From Cyanophora paradoxa CCMP329 (lineage: Eukaryota > Plantae > Glaucophyta): a stretch of 64,000 nucleotides of DNA. The position numbers were made by a program, and so were the translations under genes. Location of the stretch: NCBI GenBank assembly GCA_004431415.1, contig QPMI01000011.1:41909-105908 (forward strand). Reading direction: 5' to 3'. Under the pieces are notes generated by a model, which did no database searches, was not told the DNA's origin, and saw only the letters and a program-made list of their open reading frames with translations. Shown here in pieces: positions 1 to 12,900 of the stretch (the first letter of the stretch is position 1; each line of letters starts with the position of its first letter).

Positions 1-1373
1 CGTGCATGCACTACCGTAGTACGGCATGCGCGCGGCGCGCGCGCGGCGCGCGCTGCAGGCTGCAGCTGCTGGCACAGCTGGCGCGTGCATCATGGAAAAT
101 ATATATATATATATGACAAGCGAGTCCCTGCGGAGCAGGAGTGGCCTTGGGTCTTGGGGACTCAAGGCGTGAGGGTGGCCGCTCTTTGTTTTTAGAACGC
201 GTACGGGGGCCCGCAACCGCGCGCGGTTATTACTAGTATATATATTTACTGCTGCAGCTGTTGAGCCCGGAGAGGACTACCGTAGTACGCGGCTGTACGC
301 CGCCTAGTAGCCTAGTAGCTTCTAGCCTAGTAGCTTGGTCTAGCTAGCGCCAGCGATTCGTGCCGGCGCCACGGTGCGCCACTGCGCCACGCCGCGCGCG
401 CCGCGCGCGTGGCGGTCTCGTACCGAGTCGATCGTACGCGTATATCGATATCAGCTGCAGTGACTCTGAGCTGAGCGAAGCGACGCGTGACGCGCGCGGC
501 TCGGTCACGTGCACGGCCGCGGTGACTCCAGCCTACCAGCCGGGTACAGAGGCTTTTTGCAATTTCCATCGGCGAAGGGGAAGCAAGCTGGAAGCCAATG
601 ATATTTGCGCTTGTCCGTGAATGGGGCGATTGAGCTTTTTGGCCAATGGCGATCGGGCTTCACGCGAACAATTTCGTTCGTACGTGCTGTTAGTGCTTGT
701 TAGAGGTGTCACATTTGAAAAGTAGCGCCGCCATCGTGCTCCCTAGGGTCGAAAATGGGTACCTAGGTCCAAAAATTTTGTCTATAAAATCAAGTTGAAG
801 TTTGACACAAGATAGGCACAGACCTAAGGGCCTCTCCTTTCCCCAAGGCCGATATCATGGGATTGATGGCCGGCAATGGCCCATTGGCAATGATCCGTGT
901 GGCATCCTGCAAATTTTTAGAACACGCATGCTCACTGCAATTTAAATTTAATGCATGGATCCGGTACCGTACGGTCCGTACCGGACCGTACGGTACCGTA
1001 CCGGCGCCGGTCCGGCGGTCCCGTTCATCCCGTTCATACCAGTACGTATACGTGCAGCTGGACCGGAGCTCGAACGTCACGTGACTCATGCACGTCACGA
1101 GTACGACCGGTCGGTACCGGTTCCAACTTACCGCCGTTATGTAACGTTTTTAGCCCTATGGGCCTAGGAGCTGGCGGGTACCGCAGAACGGCTGTACCCC
1201 AATTCTGCGCGGCCGGGTACTGCGGCAGATAGACCTAAACCCTCTTTACCAAACCCGAACCTAGCTATAGCCCGGCAAGCTGTGCCAGCTTGTTAGCACG
1301 CGTTTGCAGTGGAGAATAGGATCGTGGGCGCCCCGCCGGCAACGCACGCCCCGCAGCGCTCAGCACGCGTCTC

Positions 1374-3163
1374 ATGGACAGCTCGCCGGACGTGTCCACG
1401 CGCTCCAGATCCGCGCGTGGGCTGGAGACTCCGATCGATATGCCCGGGGCGTGCGAGGGACCCGATGAGGCGCTCGAGCCATGCATCCCCGATTCGACGC
1501 TGCGGAAGGCGCTGTACTGGGGCTTGGCCTCTATCCTGGCCGCAGGCTTCTGCGTCGGATGGTGCGCTCAAGACGAGCGAGCTCGCCCCCGCGCCGGCGC
1601 CCGGCCCTAGATCGCCATTCGAATTCCCGCGCTCCGTGGCGGCACGTCAGCGCGCTAGCTGCGCGTCTCATGTGCCGCCGCAGCTTCTTCCTCTACACGA
1701 AGACCGACGTGCTGGAGAAAGGCATCAACGCGACGAAGGGCACGGGGCCGTGGGCCGGCCTCGTGCTCTCCTGCATGGTCTTCGGCTTCAGCCTCCCCGT
1801 CCCCGGTGCGCCCGCCCGCGTGCATCCATCCCAGCGCGCCTTCCCGCGCTCGCTCGCTCGCTCACGCCGCGCGCAGGCCACCTGACGTTCGTGCTCGCGA
1901 CGGGATTCATTCTGGGGACGTGGTACGGGTGCGCGGTGATGATCGCCGCCTCCTTCGCCGGCGCCGCCGCCTGCTTCTTCGGATGCCGCTTCCTGGTGCG
2001 CCCCAATCCTCCCACTCCGCGCCTCCGCCGGCCCGCCGTCTGACATCGTCGCCCCGCCCGCCGCGCCGGGCGCAGTTCAGGGACTGGACGCAGGAGAAGG
2101 CGAAGGGCATCAAGATGTTTGACGCGTTCAACTACCTCTGCGAGAGCAAGGGCCTCCGCATGGTCATGCTCGTCCGATTCATCCCCGCCCCGTGCGCCCC
2201 GCCGTACCCCTGCGCCCTTGCGCCCCCCCCCTCTCCCCCCCCGCCGGGCCTTGGGTTCGAATCCCGGCGCGCAGCTTCGGGATATGGAACGGAATCATGA
2301 GCGTCATGAACGTCAGCACGCGGTACGCCCCCGTCGCGCTTTTGGGGTACCACGTTCAGCCGCATGCCGAGGCGGGTACCGCAGCGACTACATGATCGCC
2401 ACGTTCGTGGACCTGCTCCTGTACACTCCCCACGTGCGCCACGACTTTCCCTCTCCCCCCCCCCTCCCCCTTTATCTACCCCTCCTCCTCCTCCCCCTCC
2501 CTTCCCCATCTACCCGCTCCACCCCCCCCCCCCTCCCCCCCCCTGAACACGGCCTGATCAACGAACCCCAGGTGTACATCGCGAGCGAGTGCCGGAGCGT
2601 TGTGGAGCTCCTTGCGGGGGAGCCCGTCGACGTCACCACCTCGCAGAAGGTACGGGATCGATTCCGGAGGGGTCCTGTTTCCGATGGCCGTCTAATCAGT
2701 GAGATCCCACCCCCTTAGATCGCCTCCGCGGTGGGTATCGCGATCAGCGCGATCGCGACGATCTCCGTTATGGTCTGGACGACAATCGAGATCAGGAGGC
2801 GGGTTTTCCCGTACCCCCCGACAAGCCAGTCTCTTCTCCGCGGTCTGAGCTTGCCTGTCGGTCGCCAGGCACGGGCGGGAGGCGTCCTTGGCGCTGAAGG
2901 AGCGCAAGCGTGCAGAGGCGGCCGGGCGAACGCTCCTCGCCACAGGCGCCCTGCGCTCGTGCGCCCCTCCGATTCATTCATTCCTTCTGCTTCTTCGCGT
3001 ACTCCCGCGAGCTTATTCCCCCTCCCCTCCCCGGCCCGCCCGCAGGGACGACGTGGAGGCGGCCGTACCCCCCGGGGCGCCGCCCGCGGCCTCGGCCCCC
3101 GCCTCTGCTCCCTCCAGCGGAGCGACGTCGCCCACGATTTCCATGAAGCATACGTATGCGTAG
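1374..3163 (+). CDS. TVP38/TMEM64-family (VTT / SNARE-associated Golgi) membrane protein, multi-exon
   Basis: Exon peptides LTFVLATGFILGTWYGCAVMIAASFAGAAACFFGCRFL, GLRMVMLVRFIPAP|FGIWNGIMSVMNV and DYMIATFV...VYIAS fit the VTT domain. GT-AG introns with CTGAC/CTCAC branch points. ATG 1374, last exon ...MKHTYA* 3163. Exon borders approximate. Confidence 0.75.
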
Positions 3164-3663
3164 CAGGGGCCGGGACCGGGGACAGGTAGGGGTAGGATAG
3201 CTACAGTCGAGCTCGCCGGGCCGCACAGTTAGCTCCCTTTCTTTATTTTGTCCCTCGTGCACAGTTTCATGGTAGCCAGCGAACGATTAGTGAGATGCAG
3301 ATGCGTTTTAATGTGGTATCTATTTGCAGTCTGTTAATTACAGTTCGAACAGTCGATCGATATCAAATGTGCATGCAAAGAAACTGAAACGGCTGAACTA
3401 TGTACGTTACACGTGCACATTGTCGCGAGCTCGAGTGGCGAGCGCGCTGGCGTTGCCAATTGCAAGTTGCAATTGCAACTGGCTCCTTGCGGATGCGCCG
3501 GCGGTCTAGATCTAGATCTGTGTACTGGCCTGCAGCTGAACGCTCCCGAATCCGCGGGCCGGGCTTCAAAAAAAGAAAGGGGATATCGACGTAGTCCGGA
3601 AAGAAAAGCAAGCTGATAAAAAAGGCGGGAGAATGCAATAAGACGCTGAAAATGAATGCGGCG

Positions 3664-6600
3664 CTAAGTCGGCTTCAGCTGTGCCAGACCGCCGGCGGAG
3701 CTAGAGGCGCCGGCGGCCGGGGCGAGGGAGGCGGGGGCGGCGGATGGGGCGGCGGGGGAGACTCGGAGCAGGGCGGCGGGGGGTATAGTAGAGGCGTCCC
3801 GCGTCACGCGGAGGTTGCGGGCCGACCCGCTGCGGACCATCCCGCGGCCCTCCGAAGCGGCGGCAGCCACGGCGGCCACAACTGAGGGCGGGAGCGGAGG
3901 GACCGGCGCCGCGGCCGGCGCGGGCGCGGGCGCCAGCAGAGGCGACCGCTCGCTCGGCCCCTCGGACCCCCGGCTCCCCGTGCGCTCACGCGGCTTGTGG
4001 GGCGCGGCGGTGCCGTACCCCCCGTGCCCCCCCTGCGCGGCCAGAGCCGCCAGGTTGGACGACGAGCCGTACCCGGCCAGGCCCTGGCCCCCCAGGCCGG
4101 CTAGGTTGGCCGAGGAGGGCGCGCCCCCCGCCAGCTTCAGGGGCCGCCCGAGCTGCGCCGGAGTCAGCGGGGGGTACATTGAAGAGGGGGGTACCCAAAT
4201 CGCGGACCAGGAGTCCCCCGCCGGGCTTCCGGAGGATGGGTACGCGCTTGTGGATGTCGATGAACTGCGAGGAAAAGAAGGAAAGGGTGAGGCGCGCGGC
4301 GCGGAGGGTACAAGACTTTTCCGGCTCTCTCTTTTCTTTCAGAGGGGTACGCGCCTGATCGGTCTCGTCGACGATTTCCTCCTGGATCAGCTCCTCGATG
4401 ACGTCCTGGGGTACAAGCAAGTTGGGGGGGAGGGAGGCAGGGAGGAGGGGGGCGAGGGGGAAGGGGCGGACCTCTAGGGTACAGATTCCGATGTTCTTCC
4501 ACTTGGTGGGGAGGAGGGGCTGTCCGAGGGCGTCGGTCGGGGGTACAGGGGGAGGCGGAGTACGTGACTCACCGGCACGACGGGACCGTCTGGCTGGCGC
4601 ACGATGGCCAGATGGGTACGGCCCGACTGCGCGAAGAGATTCAGTGAGCCCGGGAGGGGGTTACGAATTTCTCACCTGGAAAACGTTGAGCATGGCGTCC
4701 AGCTTTGCCTCCGGGGGTACGTACGCCGGCGCTGCGCCGAAAGGCGTGAAATCTACGCTTGAGGCGGCGGGGCGAGAGAGGAGCGGGACGCACGGCGGCA
4801 GAATTGATCCGTGAGGAGATCCCTGACCCGCAGCTTCTCCGAGGGGTTTACTAGGATCAAATTCTGCGGAACGGGAGAGCACCGGGATCAAAACAGACGC
4901 CGAGGAACGTTCCTCCAGAGAATCGGCGGGGGAACGATCACCTTTACGAGCATGATCGCGACGATGTTGTCCGCGTTGCCCTCGTAGCTGAAGGGGAAGG
5001 CGCCGAATCGGTAGGCGCACGGGGGTCGAGAGTAAGGCGGAGGGGGTACGCGAACACGGGGATGCGCGAGTGTCCCCGCTCCCAGCACGTGCGAAGGAAC
5101 TCGAAGTCGACTGTACCCCACCCCGGTCAGAACGGGTCGGAGGGGTACGCGGGCGGGGCCGTTAGTCACCGATCGTGTCGGCGGACACGAGGTACACATC
5201 CTCAATGGGGGTCATGACCTCAGCGACCGCCCTGGGATGGGGGTATGAATTAAAGATCGCGCGGCGGCGGGGGGGTACAGGAGATCGCGTACTTGTGCGA
5301 GAAGTCTGCGGCGGGAGGAAGGGAAGCCGCGGTCGGAGCTTGCGAGGATGGGTAGGGATTGGGCGTAGGGGTACGCGTACCGAGGGCGCCCTTGAGGATC
5401 GTCGTCTCGTCCTCGCTGAGTACCCCGTACTTGTTGCGAGAGTGGACCTGAGAGGGATACGCGTCAAGAATGGGGTGGACGGGCCGGGCGGGGATGCGGG
5501 TTCGTACCTCGATGAGGCCCTTTAGCTCGTCCTTCGAGTAGACCGTCCCGAGCTCCTAGGAGGGGGCGTGAACGGGGGTACGCAGGCGTCCGCCGGGGGA
5601 GGCGGGGGTACAGGGGCACCTGGCCAAGGATCTTGTCCAGGGTCCAGGCGATCGGGAAGGCGAGGGGGAAGAAGATAAGACGGAGGAACTTCACAAACCA
5701 CGCTGCCGGGATCGGTGAGTAACTCGCGGGAATCGATTATCGAGATTAAGCGTACCCAGGTGCGCCCCGACGGCAAGGCCGTGGCGGGAGCAGATGCTCT
5801 GGGGAATGATCTCGCCTGCGCGCGCGGGGTACAGGTTAGAGCGTGGCGGGGTACGGCAATTCGGGAAGGTGCACGCGCGGACCGAAGAACATGATCGACA
5901 CGGTGGAGGCGACAAAGGCGATGGCTCCGTTCCCCCCCGGGATCGATTCCAGCTGAGCGCGGGCACGCGTCAAGCGGGGAAAGAGGGGCCGAGGCGCGGC
6001 GCGGCGAGGGGGGTACGAGACTACGCGTTCGCACCAGGAGCGGCAGCACTTCGTTCAGCGCCGTGTTCGCTAAGAGCAGCGTCACGAGGAGCAGGTTACC
6101 CTGCATTTGTATTGATTCGAATTCGAATTTGAATTCGAGTCCGGGGCGGGCCCGGGGCGGCGCGCGCCTTCTCGCGTATGGGCAGGATCCTCTGCGCGTG
6201 CGGCGCCTCTGCGCTCGACGTGCTCGCGATGATCTCCAGATCGATCTTGTCCAGGCTGCGGCGGCCGCGGCGGTCAGGCGCGCCTCATTGCGGATCTTGG
6301 GCTCCGGAGCGGCCCAGGAGCTGCAGCGGTCAAGGGAACCAGTCCTCAAGGATCGGCCGCTGCTGAACGCAGGCCGCATGCGGCGCATTCCTCTACAAGC
6401 TAACACGGCGGCGGCGTTTCGCGCACCTCATAAGGCCTGCGCAGGACAGCGTATCGACGGCGGTCGCGTCAGCTCTAGCTAAGGCGGGCGGCGGAGGCGC
6501 GGCCGCACAATCACGCACCCAACGTGAGGCCGGCGATCATGCCTGAGACGAGGACGACGCAAATGGACACTGCGCGCCATGCAGATCAGCGGCGCTCCAT

Positions 6601-6740
6601 GCGACGGCCGCGCGGCGGCGGAGCGCCGCGCTGCGTGGTACGCGCGCACCGACGATGAGGACGGGTGTCTGGTACTCGCCGAGCCACGCGAAGCCGTGCC
6701 CGGCCGCTCCGGGCGAGGGGTCTATCGCGAAGGATTCCAT
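3664..6740 (-). CDS. CNNM/DUF21 + CBS-pair metal transporter (MAM3/CNNM-like), multi-exon
   Basis: Exon motifs LDKIDLEII, QGNLLLVTLLLANTALNEVLPLL, GEIIPQSICSRHGLAVGAHL, FFPLAFPIAWTLDKILG, AVAEVMTPIEDVY and DVIEELIQEEIVDETD. ATG 6740; low-complexity tail ends 3664. Confidence 0.9.
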
Positions 6741-6930
6741 CGAAGCGTCTACAAGTGCGCGCGGGCTGAGAGGTTCTTCTGCACGCCGCAGAGCACGCTG
6801 GAGGCCCGAGAAGCGTCGCGTTCTCGTGAAAGAAAATTGACCCCTCGAGGAGTGGAACCCGGTCTAGTGTCGCCCGCCGGAAAGCGAGGCGAGGAGGGTC
6901 GCCATGAAAGGCTTCAAAGGTGCGTCCCTG

Positions 6931-9900
6931 ATGAGCTGACGTGGCACGATGCAGCGGCGACTTTGTCCGATGAGCATGCGCCAAGTCCGACTGTCGGACG
7001 CACGCAGACAAGCTGGCCAAATTGAAAGAGGACTTGGCCCACAAGGACAAGCCGACAGCATTGCCTTCGCGCGAACGTGTGCGTGTCTCGCGCCTCGCCG
7101 CGCTTCCCGGCTCCTGCGCTCATACGCATTCGTCCGCCAAGCAGCAGACCCATGAGGACGCGAGTCCGGTGCGCCATTCCATGGTTGTGCTGGCAGGAAC
7201 TCGCCGCTCGTTTCCGCTGCCGGTTCCCGACAGCCCGCCGCTCAGGGTCGGTTGCATGCGGGTGCCGAGCTGGACCTCACGGAGCGGGAGCTGCGCGAGC
7301 AGCGCGAGAAGTCTCTACTGCAAGCTGTAGAGCTCCTGCAGCAACAAGTCCGCGCTCCGGGCCGCCGAATCAAATCCGCTCGTTGAACCGCCGCGCTCCG
7401 CTTCGCTTGCAGGTGAAGGAGAAGGACATGCTTCTCGCGAACATCAAAACGAGCGCAAAGTCGCGCATCGGGGAGCTCCAAGACTCGATGCAGCAGGGTC
7501 GCCGCCTCGAAGACGTTCTGGTGCTCTCCTCGCGCCGCGGGCCGTTGTGCAGTTCGAATGCCGACGCGCCCGGGGCAGGTCGACGCGGAGACGAAGGTGT
7601 CGAGTATGCTCGAGGAGATCGGGGGCATCCTCCACACGCGCTCGTCCGAACCGGCGAGCCTCGACGACAAGCTGTCGGCGCTGGCGGCGCGCGTCTCGCA
7701 GCTGCAGCACGCGTCGGATGCCGGCAGCGACGTGGGCTTGCACGACGACGCGTCGGTGCGCAGCCGCATCGACCACCTGACGCACCAGAACCGCGTGCTC
7801 GCTGACAAGGCGAGCGGGACTCGCCTGCGCGCGGGCGGCGCCCCGCTCCGCTGACGCCCGCCCTCGCAGGCGCTCGCGCTGCAGAAAGAGAACGACGGGC
7901 TGCACGCGGCGCTTGCGAAGGCGGCGGGCGCGGCGGAGGCGGCGGCTGCGTCGAACCCCGCAGCGGTCGCCGAGCGGGTCGCCGCGATGGAGAGCGAGCT
8001 GTCCAAGTGCAAGCGGCGGCTGGAGGAGGCCGAGCAGGCGAGCGGCCGCGCCGTGCGCTCCGCCCCGCCGCCGGACTGACGCGGCCGCGGCAGGGCAAGC
8101 GGGACGCTCAGCTAATGATCGCCCAGTTCTCCACGGACCTCGCCGAACGGTGCGGCCCTGCTGCGCTAGGCTCTCGCCGCGGGCCTGAACCCGCCGCGGT
8201 GCACAGGGACAAGACAATTGCAAAGCTGAAGCAGACGGTACAGTACCCGTCCCGATGGAGCCCCGCGCGGCTTAGCCGGCTAGCAGATGAACGCCATGGC
8301 ATCTGGCGCGGGCAACGAGCACTCGGCGGAGCTGGCGCAGCTGCGGGAGGGCCTGAAGGAGGCGAAGCGAGCGGCGGGCGACGCCGCGGCCGAGGTCCGT
8401 GTACCCCCCCCCCCTCGCCTCCCCCTCGCGGGGCCGACCGCCGCGCCAGGCCGCGAGCCTCCGGTCTCGCGTAGCGGAGGCCGAGCGTGAGGCGGCGGAG
8501 AAGGTCCACCTCCTCCAGGAGAAGGTGGGCCGATCCCACCCCCGCCCCGCGCCCTGCGAGCCGCGTCCGACGCGGCGCGATGCGCGCACGCGCAGCTGAA
8601 GGCCGCGGAGGCCGCGGCGGCGGCCGCCGGATCGCGGGCGGCGCCGGCGACAGCGGCGGCGAGCGATACGGAGGCGGCGGAGCTGCGCGCGCGGGTGGCT
8701 GAGCTGGAGCAGGCCGTCGCTGAGGTAAACAAGGCGGCAGACGCGCGGGCGCGCGAGCTCGCGGAGAAGCTCCGCGCGGCGGAGGCGGCACGGGAGGCGG
8801 CGGAGGCGGAGGCGCGCCGCGCGGCCGCCGAGGCCGCCGAGGCGCAGGGGGCTGTCGTCGCCGCAGCGGCGGCCGCCGCCGCGCGGCCTCCGGTCGACGA
8901 GGCTCACCTGAAGCGGGAGGAGGAGCTCATCGGACAGCTGGCGGAGGCCCGGCGCGAGGCCGAGGCTGCTAAGACCGTGCGCGGCCTGTTTCCCGGGGTA
9001 CAGCCTCTTCCTCACGCCCCGCAGGAGTCCGGGACGCTTCGGGCGCAGGCGGAGGAGGCGATCGCGAAGCTAAAGGTTCGCTCTGGGGTACGGGTACGGC
9101 GCCGTTCGTTCGGCCGACGGGGGCACGCAGGCCCAGGCGAAGGAGGCGCTTACCAAGGCCCGCGGGGAGGCGGCGGCGGCGAAGGAAGAGGCGGAGGCGC
9201 TGCGGGGCGGGTGGAGGAGCGGGCGGCGCGGCTCGCGGCGCTCGGCGTGGAGCTCGGCGCCGCCGAGGGCCGCGCCCACGACGCCGACGAGCGCGCCGCC
9301 CGCGCCGAGGAGGCCCTCGCACGGGCCGAGGAGGCGGCGGCGGCGCTGCGGGCCGAGGCGGAGGCCGGGCGGGCGGCGGCGGCGCAGCTGGAGCAGCTGA
9401 AGACAGCGGCCAAGGCGAAGATCGTGGAGCTGACGGGCCAGGTGCAGGCGCTGCAGCAGTCGCTGGCCGACGCGGAGGGGCGGGCGGCGGCGGCGGCGGC
9501 CGGCGGCGACACGGCGGCGGCGGCGGCGGCGGCGGCGGAGGCGCAGCAGCTGCGGGAGCGGGCGGCGGGGCTGGAGGCGGCGGCGGCGGCGGGGGCGGCG
9601 GAGTGCGAGCGGCTGCGGGCGGAGGTGGCGGGCCTGGAGGGGCGGCTGCGGGAGGCGGCGGAGGCGGGGGAGGTGCGGAGCCGCGGGGCCGACGAGGCGA
9701 TCGCTGCGGTGGCGGAGGCGCGCGCCGAGTGCGACGCGCTGCGGGAGCGGGTGCGTTGCTTCTTTTCTGCCGGCGCCCGCCCCTCCGCTTCGCTCCGCTC
9801 AGCCGCTGCGCAGGCGGCCGCATTGGAAGCCTCTCTGGAGGAGTCGAGCGGCCTGAACCGCGCAGGAGTGGAAAAGGCGCGGGCCTGCGCTTGCTTTCGT

Positions 9901-12900
9901 CGGCGCGGGCCGCGTGCTCAGCGGGTGGGGCGCCGCAGGCCGCGCAGCTCGAGGCGGCACTCGCGTCCCTACAAGAGCAGCAGCGCGCTGCCGTGGAGCG
10001 GGTTCGTGAGAGGCGCCGGCCGCCCCTTCCCGTCCGAATCTCGGTCCGATCGCCGGCCCGCAGGCCGCGGCGCTGGAGGCGGACCTGGCCGCGGCACGGG
10101 AGGAGGCCGTGCGCCTTCAGTCCTCGGCGGCCTCTTCTGAGGCCGAGCGGGGCGCACTAGCCGCACAGGCGGGCCCCCCCCCCCCCCCCCGCGCCCCCCC
10201 CCCCCCGCCCCCCCCCCCCCCCCCCCGCCCTCTCGCCGCCTCTCCCGCCGCCTCTGACGGGCGTGCGCGCGCGCGTGCAGCTCGAAGCCGCGGCGGAGAG
10301 GGAACAGGCCGCCGAGCGGCGCGCCGCGGAGCTCGAGGCCCAAAGCGAACGCCTGGCCCGAGAGGTGCGCCGATCCGATCCGGCCGATCCGAGCCGAGCC
10401 GAGCACGCGCCGACGATTTTTGCAGGCCGCGGCGCTCGCGTCCAAGGTGCGAGAGCTAGAGTCGGCAGCCTCGGAGCAGGGCGGCGCGGCGGCGGAGGCG
10501 GCGGCGCTGGCCAGCGAACGGGCCCGCGTGCTCGCCGAGAAGGAGGAGGCCCTGGCGGAGGCGCAGGCCGAGGCGCGCCGGGAGCGCGCGGCGCGGGAGG
10601 AGGTGCGCCGCCCGCCTTGCCTCGCCGTGCCGCTAGGCCGGCCCTAACTTCTCGCTCGTCGTCCGCAGGCGGAGGCGCGGGCCGCGGCCGAGCGCGAGGT
10701 GAAGGAGGAAGCCGAGGCACGCGCGGCGGCGGCGGAGCGCCAGAGCGAAGAAGCGTCCGAGCGCCTCGCGGCGGCCGAGCGCGAGGCGAGCCGCGCCCTC
10801 GCGCCGCCCTCGATTCCGCTCCGCCGATGCGCCGCTCAGGTGGCGTCGCTGCGCGAGGCGGAGGCGGAGGCGCGGAGGCTCGCGGAGGAGGCCCGGGCCG
10901 CGGTGCGGCGTACCCCCCTCTCCTCTCCGCGCGTACCCCTCAATCGTGGCGGCAGGCCGCGTCGCGCGAGGCGGAGGGCGGGCAGGAGACCGAAGCGCTC
11001 CGGAAACAGGCGCGCCCTCCGCCCTTGATCGGGCGCGAGCCGCGCAGCGGGCGCTGAGGCGGCCGACAGGTCCAGGAGCTTAGCGCCAAGGTGCAGCTGG
11101 CGAAGGAGAAGCTGCAGAACGCGAAGCAGCTGGTGGAGCAGAGCAAGGCGGAGGCAGCGGCGGCGCGGGAGGAGGCGGAGGCGCTGCGGGGGCGGGTGGA
11201 GGAGCGGGCGGCGCGGCTCGCGGCGCTGGGCGTGGAGCTCGGCGCCGCCGAGGGCCGCGCCCACGACGCCGACGAACGCGCCGCCCGCGCCGAGGAGGCC
11301 CTCGCACGGGCCGAGGAGGCGGCGGCGGCGCTGCGGGCCGAGGCGGAGGCCGGGCGGGCGGCGGCGGCGCAGCTGGAGCAGCTCAAGACGGCGGCCAAGG
11401 CGAAGATCGTTGAGCTTACGGGCCAGGTGCAGGCGCTACAGCAGTCGCTCGCCGACGCGGAGGGGCGGGCGGCGGCGGCGGCGGCCGGCGGCGACACGGC
11501 GGCGGAGGCGGCGGCGGCGGAGGCGCAGCAGCTGCGGGAGCGGGCGGCGGGGCTGGAGGCAGCTGCGGCGGCGGGTGCGGCGGAGTGCGAGCGGCTGCGG
11601 GCGGAGGTGGCGGGGCTGGAGGGGCGGCTGCGGGAGGCAGCGGAGGCGGGGGAGGTGCGGAGCCGCGGGGCCGACGAGGCGATCGCTGCGGTGGCGGAGG
11701 CGCGCGCCGAGTGCGACGCGCTGCAAGAACGGGTGCGGGCCATCCTCTTCTGTGGTCGCCGCTCGCTCACGCCGCGCAGGCCGAGGCGGCCGAGGCGCAG
11801 CTGCGGCAAGCAGCGGAGCGGGTGCGGGCGCTGGAGCAGGCCGTCGAGGCGGAGCGGGGCCGGGCCAGCGAGGCGGGCGAGGCTGCCGTGCTGCTGGAGC
11901 AGGCCCGGGCGGAATGCGAGGCGCTGCGCGAGCGGGTGAGCCCTCCGACGACGATGCCCGCCGCTCTCTCTGTGCTGACGCTGCGGCCGCTGCAGGTGGC
12001 GGTGCTGGAGGAGGCGCATGCAGAGGCGGCACGGGCGCTGGCGGCCCGAGAGGCGGCAGAGCAGCACGTGCGCGCCCAGTCCGTCCTCAATGGGTTTCCC
12101 CCGGTCCTGACCCGCCTTCCTCTTCGATTAGGGCGTGCGGGAGGCGCGGGCGGAAGCCGACCGGTGGCGGGCCGAGGCGCGCGCACGCGCCGCCCCCCAT
12201 CCTCGCCCCACCCGGCCCCGCTTAGGCGGCCCCGGCAGGCGGAGCGGCAGGAGCGGCGGGCGGAGGCGGCGGAGGCGGCGGCGGGCGCGGGGGGCGAGGC
12301 GGCGTCTCGGGGGGCGCTGGAGCTGGAGCGGGCGCGGGCCGAGTGCGAGTCCCTCCGGCAGCGCGCCGAGGCCGCCGAGGAGGAGGTGCCCGCGCATGCG
12401 CCGCCCCGCCCCCAACGACCGAAGAGCGAACGACGCACACATAGAAAGTAGAAACCGCAACTCATAGACCTGAACCTACATCGAAACTAGAACCGCAACT
12501 CATAGACTTGAACCCCGGATAACTTGATTACGAACCGGATCCACGCCAACTATACTACACACTAACTGGGAGCGAACGATACATAAATAGAAACCAGAAA
12601 TCATGAACCGGATCCTATGAAGCAAAACAACTGCCTAGAGTTTTTTGTTGTTAGGCCTTCTCAGCTAACTGGGGCGGGGCCAGGCGCGGGGGCAGCACCG
12701 GGAGCTGATGGAGGCGCGCGCCAACTTTGGGGAGGCGGAGGAGGAGGCCGAGCGCCGCGGCGCCGCCGCCGCCGCCGAGGACCTACAGCGCGTGCGCCGA
12801 AAACTTTCGATCCCGATGCAGAGGCTCTCCTAGCCCTTAGTTCTCCCTCTGACCCGCGGGCCGACACAAGCTATCCGTAATCTAAGCCAGCCTTAAAACG

